DNA of 64,000 nucleotides from an uncultured Blautia sp. (lineage in GTDB: Bacteria; Bacillota; Clostridia; Lachnospirales; Lachnospiraceae). This document shows, piece after piece, positions 56,469 to 64,000 of this stretch. The notes under the pieces were generated by a model. The model was not told the DNA's origin, did not search any database, and saw only the letters and a program-made list of their open reading frames with translations. Each line of letters begins with the position of its first letter. The first letter of the stretch is position 1. The DNA is taken from assembly GCA_958367245.1 (NCBI GenBank), contig CATXEA010000003.1, forward strand, positions 20,331 through 84,330. Reading direction: 5' to 3'. A program made the position numbers and the translations under genes.

Positions 56469-57930
56469 TTTTTCCCTTGCCAGCAAGATTGTCATTGAAG
56501 TCAGTGTAATTGCCGGGATTCTTTTCGCCATGAACGTGGGATTCTATATGAGAATCAACCGTTCCATGCAGATGGTGGATAAGGTTTATATGACAAATGC
56601 GGATATTACGCAGCTTGCTCAGGCATTCGAGGAAGTACAGGATAATGTATATAGGTATCTTAAGGTAAAAAGCTCTCAGGCATTGAACGATTATTACCAG
56701 AGCGAGGGAAACTACAGAGAGCTTCTGGGAAAGCTCAACGGAGACAATATCAGCGATTCCGGAAAAATTCTCGAAAAAAATATCCGTAAAATGTCGGAAA
56801 CCTATCTGGAATATACAGCGCAGACAGTTGCTGCCAAGCGCGGAAGAAACGTGGAAAAATACAAAAAAAGCTACGACAGCGCAACGGAGCTTTATTATTA
56901 CATCCAGTCTGCAGTAGATGAATTGAACAAGCAGCAGTTTAAGGTAAACTCCAGCACCTATGCGTCACTTCGAAGAGTTATGAATTATCTGGAGGTCAGC
57001 AATACAGTCTTTATGATTGTTGTAGTGGCAGGAGGCGTATTTCTTCTTATTTTTTCCACAAGGGACATGTTCCGGCCTCTTACAAATATGTCGGAGACAG
57101 CAGCTCTTGTAGGACAGGGTAACTTCAATATGAAAATGCCGGATACAGACGCTCAGGATGAGCTGGGGGTAGTAACCAGAGCATTTAATACTATGGTGGA
57201 GAGCCTTGGCATTTATATGGAAAAAACGAAGGCGAGCATGGAGAAGGAACAGCAGATGATGGAGAGGGAGCTTTTGATGGAAAATCATCTCAAGGAAGCT
57301 CAGCTCAAATATCTGCAGTCTCAGATCAATCCTCATTTTCTTTTTAATTCTCTCAATGCAGGCGCTCAGCTTGCAATGATGGAGGATGCAGAAAAAACAG
57401 GGATTTTTCTTGAAAAAATGGCGGATTTTTTTCGCTATAATGTAAAGAAAGGCGAGGAGGATGCCACTCTTGAGGAGGAACTGGACGCAGTTGATAACTA
57501 TATTTATATCCTGAACGTGCGCTTCGCAGGCGACATTCATTTCACCAAGGAAGTGGATGCAGAGGTGGAAAACGTCCGCGTACCAAGTATGATTCTGCAG
57601 CCTGTTGTGGAAAACGCGGTGAATCACGGAATCCGGGACATTGACTGGGAAGGCCATATTGACCTTAAAGTATGCAGACAGGAGGAACTTCTGGAAATCA
57701 GCATCCGTGACAATGGCAAAGGTATGACGCAGTCTCAGATTGAAAAGGTTCTTTCCGGACAGGCGGGGACAGATACACAGCAGAGCGATTCCACAGGAAT
57801 CGGAATGAACAATGTAATCAGCCGTCTGGAATTGTATTATGCGCAGGAAGGGCTTATGAATATTTACAGTGAAGGGGAAGGAAAGGGAACCGAGGTTGTG
57901 ATAACGGTCCCTCTTTGTAAGGAGATTTGA
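56446..57930 (+). CDS. Sensor histidine kinase (YesM/LytS-like; His_kinase PF06580 + HATPase)
   Basis: Two TM + HAMP; phosphoacceptor region YLQSQINPHFLFNSLN; C-terminal ATPase G-boxes; start ATG 56446 (SD GGGAGG) or 56440. Confidence 0.8.
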   Translation: MKQIRWSNFSLASKIVIEVSVIAGILFAMNVGFYMRINRSMQMVDKVYMTNADITQLAQAFEEVQDNVYRYLKVKSSQALNDYYQSEGNYRELLGKLNGDNISDSGKILEKNIRKMSETYLEYTAQTVAAKRGRNVEKYKKSYDSATELYYYIQSAVDELNKQQFKVNSSTYASLRRVMNYLEVSNTVFMIVVVAGGVFLLIFSTRDMFRPLTNMSETAALVGQGNFNMKMPDTDAQDELGVVTRAFNTMVESLGIYMEKTKASMEKEQQMMERELLMENHLKEAQLKYLQSQINPHFLFNSLNAGAQLAMMEDAEKTGIFLEKMADFFRYNVKKGEEDATLEEELDAVDNYIYILNVRFAGDIHFTKEVDAEVENVRVPSMILQPVVENAVNHGIRDIDWEGHIDLKVCRQEELLEISIRDNGKGMTQSQIEKVLSGQAGTDTQQSDSTGIGMNNVISRLELYYAQEGLMNIYSEGEGKGTEVVITVPLCKEI

Positions 57931-57931
57931 A

Positions 57932-59533
57932 ATGTACAGAGTTTTACTGGCAGACGATGAGGGAATCATGCTGGAATCCCTTAAAAGTATTATTGAGAGC
58001 AATTTTGGAAAAGAATGTGAAATCCATCTGGCAAAAACAGGCCGCGCTGTAGTGGAACAGGCTCAGACCTATCCGCCTGACATCTGCTTTATGGATATCC
58101 AGATGCCGGGAATCAGCGGTATTCAGGCAATACGGGAGATTCAGAAATTTAACAAATCCATAGTTTTTGTCATTATTACAGCCTATGATAAATTTAATTA
58201 TGCAAAGGAAGCGGTAAACCTTGGAGTAATGGAATTTGTCACCAAGCCTGTAAATAAAAAGAAGATTATTGAAATCTGTACAAGAGCTATGGAGCGGGTA
58301 GACGAAGAGAGGCAGAGAAGAAGCGACGACCTTCGTATCAGGGAAAAGCTGGAAACAGTAGTCCCGATGATTGAGAGCGGATATATCAACAATCTGCTTC
58401 TTCAGGACGATTTCCAGACTTATCAGGACAATTACCGCGAGCTTCTGGATATTAAAGAAGAGAACGGATACATGATTGTTACAGAATTCGGAGATTCTCT
58501 CGAGGAAGGAATCCTGACAAACGCAGTAGGTTCAAGCGTTAAGGCAAATAAATTTTATTCTACATTCCGGGAGATTGCTCAGGGCTTTTTTGACTGTCTT
58601 GTAGGCCCGATTATGGGAAACCGCATTGTACTTCTTGTACCCTGCGGGGAAACCCTTGAGGAATATGAGACAAGAGTAGAAATCGTCACAAGGGCAAGAA
58701 ATATGGTACATAAGCTGGAAAGCCGCATAGACAGCAAGTTCCGCTGCGGCATCGGCAGAGTGAAAAGTCTGGCGGGAGGCACAATGAAGGAATCCTTCAG
58801 GGAGGCTGTCCTTGCTTTAAGAGAAAGCACCAGCCATGTGGTTCACATTGAAGATATTCCGGCAGTGCAGAAATACGACGGAGAATATCCGCAGGAGCTG
58901 GAGAACCGCTATAAGAAACGCGTTCTGGAAAAGGATGCGGCAGGCGCAATGAGCAGCGCTGAGCTTTTCTTTGACTGGATGATGGGGATTTCCGGCGTCC
59001 GCAGAGAGGATGTGGAGATTAAAGTGCTTGAACTTATCATCGAGCTTGAGAAAAAGGCATTTTATGCAGGCTCCATGAAATACAGCTTCAGTTACAGAGG
59101 CAGCTATATCAGGGAAATTCAGAGCTGTCCTGATTTTAGCGCGCTCAGGGAATGGTTCCTGAAGAAAACAAGAGAAATCTGCAGCAACATGGAAAATGCA
59201 AGAGAAAAAGAAGCGGTCACAATTATTGAAAAAGCAAAAAATTATATTAACGAAAATTTTCAGAAGGATATTTCTCTGGATCTGGTATCAAGGGAGGTGG
59301 ATATCAGCCCATATTATTTCAGCAAGCTCTTTAAACAGGAGACAGGAAATAACTTTATTGAATATCTCACAGAGGTGAGACTTCGCAATGCAAGGGAACT
59401 GCTGAAAAACTCACAGTATTCCATCAAAGAAATCTGTGCGGAATCAGGTTACGGAGATCCTAATTATTTCAGCAGGATTTTCAAGAAATATGAGGGTGTG
59501 ACTCCAAGTGAATTCAGAGAAAGGCTGGAATAA
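57932..59533 (+). CDS. Response regulator with CheY receiver and AraC-type HTH output (YesN-like)
   Basis: 533 aa; receiver LLADDE...D; C-terminal AraC HTH YFSRIFKKYEGVTPSEFR. Confidence 0.85.
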   Translation: MYRVLLADDEGIMLESLKSIIESNFGKECEIHLAKTGRAVVEQAQTYPPDICFMDIQMPGISGIQAIREIQKFNKSIVFVIITAYDKFNYAKEAVNLGVMEFVTKPVNKKKIIEICTRAMERVDEERQRRSDDLRIREKLETVVPMIESGYINNLLLQDDFQTYQDNYRELLDIKEENGYMIVTEFGDSLEEGILTNAVGSSVKANKFYSTFREIAQGFFDCLVGPIMGNRIVLLVPCGETLEEYETRVEIVTRARNMVHKLESRIDSKFRCGIGRVKSLAGGTMKESFREAVLALRESTSHVVHIEDIPAVQKYDGEYPQELENRYKKRVLEKDAAGAMSSAELFFDWMMGISGVRREDVEIKVLELIIELEKKAFYAGSMKYSFSYRGSYIREIQSCPDFSALREWFLKKTREICSNMENAREKEAVTIIEKAKNYINENFQKDISLDLVSREVDISPYYFSKLFKQETGNNFIEYLTEVRLRNARELLKNSQYSIKEICAESGYGDPNYFSRIFKKYEGVTPSEFRERLE

Positions 59534-59535
59534 AT

Positions 59536-60675
59536 ATGAAAGGGATAAATATAGCAAAAACTTCGGCTCTTCTGATACTTTTGACAGTCCTGTCTGTGAT
59601 TCTTGGCGGATGTCTGGGAGCATCGGGAGGAAATGAGAGAAATGGCAGTAGCGTTCAGGAGGAAAGCGAAGAAAAAAAGCTTCAGATTGGTCTGGCAGTA
59701 GATTCTTTTGTAATAGAGAGGTGGATTCGTGACAGAGATGCATTTGTGGCGACTGCAAGAGAACTTGGCGCTGAGGTAAATGTTCAGGATGCGGGGGCAG
59801 ACCCGCAGGAGCAGATCAGTCAGATTCGTTATCTGATTCAGAAGGATATGGACGTTCTGGTGGTAATTGCCAGAGATTGCAATGCTCTTTCCGAGGTATT
59901 ACAGGAGGCGAAAGATGAGGGGATTCCTGTTATCTCCTATGACAGACTGGTTTATGACGGGGGGAGTGAGCTTTATATTTCTTTTGATAACCGCAAGGTT
60001 GGAAAGCTTATGGCAGAAGCGCTTATAGATGCCATCCCTGACGGCGGAGAAATTTTTATGATACAGGGTTCTCCGGACGATGACAATGTCAATCAGGTAA
60101 AAGAAGGATTTGACGCTGCGCTTAAAGACAGCAGTCTTGAGGTGGTTTATACAGCCAACTGCGAGGGCTGGCTTGCGGAGCAGGCGGAACAGTATGTGGA
60201 GGACGGCCTGAAAAAATATCCTGACGTAAAAGGGATTATGTGCGGAAATGACGACATCGCAAGTCAGGTGGTACAGACGCTGGCTCAGAATCAGCTTGCA
60301 GGCAAGGTCGTCGTGGTGGGACAGGACTGCGATGTAGCTGCCTGCCAGAGAATCGTAGAAGGAACCCAGTACATGACGGCATTTAAGGATATCGAGGAGG
60401 AAGCAAGAATAGCGGCTGAGTATGCCGTAATGCTGGCTAAGGGAGAAAAGCCGGAGGATATCAGGGAAAAGGTAGACGACGGTTCTTTTCAGGTGCCGTC
60501 GCTGGAGCTGGAGCCCGTAGCTGTCACAGCAGAAAATATAGATGAGGTAATCATAGGCGGTGGATTTCACCAGAGAGAAGACGTTTATCTTCATGCAAAT
60601 ACAGTCCTTTCAGGGGAAGAGAACAGTGTTGTTACGGTAAGCGGAGAGGATGGATTTTATATTTCATGTCAATAG
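59536..60675 (+). CDS. Lipoprotein sugar-binding protein, paralog of the transporter SBP (candidate ligand sensor partner of the kinase, XylFII-like)
   Basis: Lipobox LGGC; type I PBP fold with blocks parallel to the 60839 SBP (IGLAVDSFVIERW vs IGVAMPTQDLQRW; IPVISYDRLV vs IPVIAYDRLI). Confidence 0.7.
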   Translation: MKGINIAKTSALLILLTVLSVILGGCLGASGGNERNGSSVQEESEEKKLQIGLAVDSFVIERWIRDRDAFVATARELGAEVNVQDAGADPQEQISQIRYLIQKDMDVLVVIARDCNALSEVLQEAKDEGIPVISYDRLVYDGGSELYISFDNRKVGKLMAEALIDAIPDGGEIFMIQGSPDDDNVNQVKEGFDAALKDSSLEVVYTANCEGWLAEQAEQYVEDGLKKYPDVKGIMCGNDDIASQVVQTLAQNQLAGKVVVVGQDCDVAACQRIVEGTQYMTAFKDIEEEARIAAEYAVMLAKGEKPEDIREKVDDGSFQVPSLELEPVAVTAENIDEVIIGGGFHQREDVYLHANTVLSGEENSVVTVSGEDGFYISCQ

Positions 60676-60838
60676 CAGAATTTTGCGGCAAAAATGTCTT
60701 GTATAATGCAGGACATTTTTCTTTTTCAAAAAAAATTCCTTTTCTTTGGCAACTATGTCCAGTTGCCCCTGTGCTATATTAAACTCACAAGGAACACACG
60801 AGAGCGTGTGAAACAAAATAAGAACGGAGGATTTAAAA

Positions 60839-61909
60839 ATGATGAAAAAGAAAGTTCTTTCAGTAGTTATGTGTACTGCAATGGTAGCTGGAATGGTAGT
60901 TCCTGCAGTAGCTGTTCAGGCTGAAGAAAGCAAAGGTGTGATTGGTGTTGCAATGCCTACGCAGGATCTTCAGAGATGGAATCAGGACGGCGAAAATATG
61001 AAAGCCCAGCTCGAAGAAAAAGGCTATGAAGTAGACCTTCAGTTTGCAGGCAACGATGTTGCACAGCAGGTTGCACAGGTTGAGAACATGATCGCAAACG
61101 GCGACCAGCTTCTGGTTGTTGCTTCTATCGAAGGCGACTCTCTCGGAACAGTTCTTGCACAGGCAAAAGAGAACAATATCCCGGTTATTGCATATGACCG
61201 TCTGATTATGAACACAGACGCTGTTTCTTATTATGCAACATTTGATAACTATCTTGTTGGTAAGACACAGGGCGAATATATTGTAGAAGCTCTCGATCTC
61301 GAAAATGCAGAAGGACCTTTCAATATTGAGTTTGTAACAGGCGACCCCGGCGACAATAACGTAAACTTCTTCTTCGGCGGAGCTATGGATGTTCTTCAGC
61401 CGTACATCGATTCCGGCAAATTAGTTTGCCCATCCGGTCAGATGACAAAAGACGAAGTTGCCACAACAAACTGGTCAACAGAGACTGCACAGGCAAGATT
61501 CGAAAACATTCTTTCTTCCTACTATGCAGACGGAACAACTCTCCATGCAGTTCTTGCTTCCAACGACTCTACAGCTCTTGGTGTTGAGAATGCTCTGGCA
61601 GCAAACTACACAGGCGAGTATCCGATTATCACAGGTCAGGACTGTGACATTGCAAATATGCCGAACATCGTAAATGGAAAACAGGCTATGTCTGTATTTA
61701 AAGACACACGTGCCCTTGCTTCACAGGTTGTTGAAATGGTTGACGCTATCATGCAGGAAACAGAAGTTCCTGTAAATGATACAGAAACATACGACAACGG
61801 AACCGGCGTTATCCCGTCCTACCTTTGCGAGCCTGTAGCTGTAACAAAAGACAACTACAAAGAACTCCTTGTTGATTCCGGATATTATACAGAGGATCAG
61901 CTTAAATAA
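60839..61909 (+). CDS. Sugar ABC transporter substrate-binding protein (CUT2, ChvE/MglB-like)
   Basis: Signal peptide ending AVQAEE; type I PBP fold; SD ACGGAGGA. Confidence 0.8.
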   Translation: MMKKKVLSVVMCTAMVAGMVVPAVAVQAEESKGVIGVAMPTQDLQRWNQDGENMKAQLEEKGYEVDLQFAGNDVAQQVAQVENMIANGDQLLVVASIEGDSLGTVLAQAKENNIPVIAYDRLIMNTDAVSYYATFDNYLVGKTQGEYIVEALDLENAEGPFNIEFVTGDPGDNNVNFFFGGAMDVLQPYIDSGKLVCPSGQMTKDEVATTNWSTETAQARFENILSSYYADGTTLHAVLASNDSTALGVENALAANYTGEYPIITGQDCDIANMPNIVNGKQAMSVFKDTRALASQVVEMVDAIMQETEVPVNDTETYDNGTGVIPSYLCEPVAVTKDNYKELLVDSGYYTEDQLK

Positions 61910-61953
61910 TGGATTACCATTACTGTAAAAAATACTAACCGTAGTAAATTTAT

Positions 61954-61987
61954 ACAGGCGGGCCTACGCGCCCGCCTGTTGATTTTG
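61954..61987 (+). terminator. Intercistronic hairpin/partial terminator between SBP and ATPase genes
   Basis: Perfect GC-rich 9-bp stem caggcgggc/gcccgcctg, 6-nt loop, followed by ttgatttt. Confidence 0.5.
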
Positions 61988-62010
61988 ACATAAGTCTGGA
62001 GGGCGAAATT

Positions 62011-63552
62011 TTGGCAAAGATACTGTTGGAAATGAAAAATATCACCAAAACATTCCCCGGTGTAAAGGCGCTTGATAACGTAAATCTTCAGGTGGAAGAG
62101 GGAGAAATCCATGCGCTTGTAGGCGAAAACGGCGCCGGTAAATCTACTCTGATGAATGTTCTTTCCGGTGTATACCCGCATGGCTCCTACGAAGGGGATA
62201 TTATCTATAACGGAGAAATCTGTAAGTTCCATGATATCAAAGAGAGTGAGGCAAAGGGTATTGTAATTATTCACCAAGAGCTTGCCCTGATTCCGTATAT
62301 GACGATCGGGGAAAATATGTTCCTTGGCAATGAACGTGGAAAAAAATTTGCCATTAACTGGGATGAAACCCATGCACTGGCAGAAAAATATATTAAACAG
62401 GTTGGACTTACCGAGTCCTCAAGAACCTATATCAAGGATATTGGCGTGGGCAAGCAGCAGCTTGTGGAAATCGCCAAAGCTCTTGCAAAAAATGCGAAGC
62501 TCCTGATTCTGGATGAGCCGACCTCATCCCTGAATGAATCTGATTCAAAGGCACTTCTTGATTTGATGCTGAAATTAAAGAAAGAGGGAATGACTTCTAT
62601 TATTATTTCCCACAAGTTAAATGAGGTTTCCTACGTGGCAGACAAGATTACGGTAGTCCGTGACGGTTCCACTATTGAAACCCTGACAAAGGGTGTGGAT
62701 GACTTCTCAGAGGACCGTATCATCAGAGGCATGGTAGGTCGTGAAATTGCAGACCGTTTCCCGAAACGTCATGGGGTAAAAATCGGCGATGTAAACATGG
62801 AGGTCAAAAACTGGACTGTATATCATCCTCTTTACAGTGAACGTAAAGTTGTAGACAATGTTTCCATCAAAGTAAGAAAGGGAGAGGTTGTAGGTATCTC
62901 AGGTCTGATGGGAGCAGGGCGTACGGAGCTTGCCATGAGTATTTTCGGCAAAAGCTACGGCTCAAACATCAGCGGAACTCTTCTCCTCAATGGAAAAGAA
63001 GTGCATCTTCACAATGTGCGTGAAGCGATTGAGCACAAGCTTGCTTACGTGACAGAGGACCGTAAAGGCGACGGACTGATTTTGTCGAATACTATCAAGA
63101 TGAACACAAGCCTTGCAAATCTTGGGGGAATCAGCAAAAATATGGTCATTGATCAGGATAAGGAATATGCAGTTGCTGTAGAATACAAGGAAAAACTGAA
63201 AACCAAATGTCCGTCTGTAGAACAGAATGTAGGAAACTTAAGCGGTGGTAACCAGCAGAAGGTTCTGCTTGCGAAATGGATGTTCGCAGATCCGGACGTT
63301 CTGATTCTGGACGAGCCGACCAGAGGTATCGACGTTGGCGCGAAGTACGAGATTTACTGTATCATCAACGATCTGGTTGCAGCCGGTAAATCCGTCATTA
63401 TGATTTCTTCCGAGCTTCCGGAGGTTCTTGGTATGTCTGACCGTATTTATGTTATGAACGAGGGAAGGATTGCCGGAGAATTAAGCCGTGAAGAAGCCAC
63501 ACAGGAAAGCATTATGACCTGTATTATGAAGTCAGCAAAGGAGAGTAAGTAA
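62011..63552 (+). CDS. Sugar ABC transporter ATP-binding protein with duplicated ABC domains (CUT2 type; RbsA/MglA/XylG-like)
   Basis: 513 aa; two Walker A sites ([18 protein letters not shown]), two signatures ([22 protein letters not shown]); TTG start with SD GGAGGG. Confidence 0.85.
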   Translation: MAKILLEMKNITKTFPGVKALDNVNLQVEEGEIHALVGENGAGKSTLMNVLSGVYPHGSYEGDIIYNGEICKFHDIKESEAKGIVIIHQELALIPYMTIGENMFLGNERGKKFAINWDETHALAEKYIKQVGLTESSRTYIKDIGVGKQQLVEIAKALAKNAKLLILDEPTSSLNESDSKALLDLMLKLKKEGMTSIIISHKLNEVSYVADKITVVRDGSTIETLTKGVDDFSEDRIIRGMVGREIADRFPKRHGVKIGDVNMEVKNWTVYHPLYSERKVVDNVSIKVRKGEVVGISGLMGAGRTELAMSIFGKSYGSNISGTLLLNGKEVHLHNVREAIEHKLAYVTEDRKGDGLILSNTIKMNTSLANLGGISKNMVIDQDKEYAVAVEYKEKLKTKCPSVEQNVGNLSGGNQQKVLLAKWMFADPDVLILDEPTRGIDVGAKYEIYCIINDLVAAGKSVIMISSELPEVLGMSDRIYVMNEGRIAGELSREEATQESIMTCIMKSAKESK

Positions 63553-64000
63553 TGGATAAAGCAAAATTAAAAGCCGGATTTCAAAAATATACAATGATTA
63601 TTGTACTTGTTCTGGTAGCACTGTTCTTCACATGGGGAACACAGGGCAAGATTCTTTTTCCGCAGAATATTAATAACCTGATTTCACAGAACGCATATGT
63701 ATTTGTGCTTGCATCCGGTATGCTTCTGTGTATCCTGACAGGAGGAAATATTGACCTTGCTGTTGGTTCCGTTGTGTGTTTCGTAGGAGCTATGTGCGGC
63801 GTATTCATGGAAAACATGAAGCTTCCTACTGCTGTAGCAGTTATTCTTTCACTGCTTATCGGAGCTGCGATTGGCGCATGGCAGGCATTCTGGATTGCCT
63901 ATGTGCGTATCCCTCCGTTCATTGTAACACTGGCAGGTATGCTGATGTTCCGTGGACTTTCCAACGTAGTTCTTCAGGGAAAAACACTTCCGATTAAATC
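63552..64000 (+). CDS. Sugar ABC transporter permease (RbsC/MglC-like), 3' end beyond window
   Basis: ATG overlaps ATPase stop (TAATG); hydrophobic TM-rich translation [26 protein letters not shown]... open to window end. Confidence 0.7.
   Translation, partial: MDKAKLKAGFQKYTMIIVLVLVALFFTWGTQGKILFPQNINNLISQNAYVFVLASGMLLCILTGGNIDLAVGSVVCFVGAMCGVFMENMKLPTAVAVILSLLIGAAIGAWQAFWIAYVRIPPFIVTLAGMLMFRGLSNVVLQGKTLPIK

Noticed and set aside
56965-58002. 345-aa minus-strand ORF
   Set aside because: Antisense to the histidine kinase/response regulator genes, which carry clear HK and receiver motifs; spurious.
1-64000. CRISPR arrays, rRNA/tRNA genes, IS elements/integrases
   Set aside because: No regularly spaced direct repeats, no tRNA-like T-loop/acceptor features in intergenic regions, and no transposase or integrase other than the Rpn nuclease. 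Judged absent on visual inspection only.

Overview
The window reads as a chromosomal segment from a low-GC Gram-positive bacterium, probably a Clostridia or Lachnospiraceae-type Firmicute. Most of it is core genome on the + strand with short intergenic gaps.

Gene content, in order:
- An alpha-glucan locus: partial GH31 alpha-glucosidase, AraC regulator and glycogen/maltodextrin phosphorylase.
- A stand-alone carbamate kinase.
- A large acidic surface protein with DUF11-like repeats.
- murE and priA, followed by the classic def-fmt-rsmB-rlmN-stp-prkC-rsgA-rpe-thiN block.
- ychF and lgt.
- A dcw division cluster: mraZ-rsmH-ftsL-PBP-PBP-mraY-murD-ftsW-murA-ftsQ-ftsZ.
- A DUF1540 Cys-rich mini-protein and a Na-dependent NSS transporter.
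- infC-rpmI-rplT with its leader, a liv-type branched-chain amino-acid ABC operon, a cytidylate-kinase-like gene and rarA.
- A minus-strand cluster: wHTH-like protein, TIGR01212 radical SAM, YesL/DUF624, polysaccharide deacetylase and a secreted protein.
- A low-GC islet carrying a BlaI/BlaR1-like pair, then an Rpn (YhgA-like) nuclease.
- A binding protein/histidine kinase/YesN-type regulator three-component system in front of a CUT2 sugar ABC transporter that runs off the window end.

No rRNA, tRNA, CRISPR array or intact IS element was seen.

The observations most worth a second look:
- An orphan attenuator-like terminator in the divergent arcC/surface-protein intergenic region, next to a ~26-nt motif repeated in the murE 5' UTR.
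- A textbook MraZ operator (three AGTGGT repeats at 10-bp phase).
- An infC AUU start with an L20-type leader.
- Disordered repeat tails on Lgt, FtsQ, a PBP and YesL.
- The AT-rich BlaI/M56 pair lacking a PBP sensor domain.
- An in-frame internal SD+ATG inside the Rpn nuclease gene, as in intragenic RpnS antitoxins.
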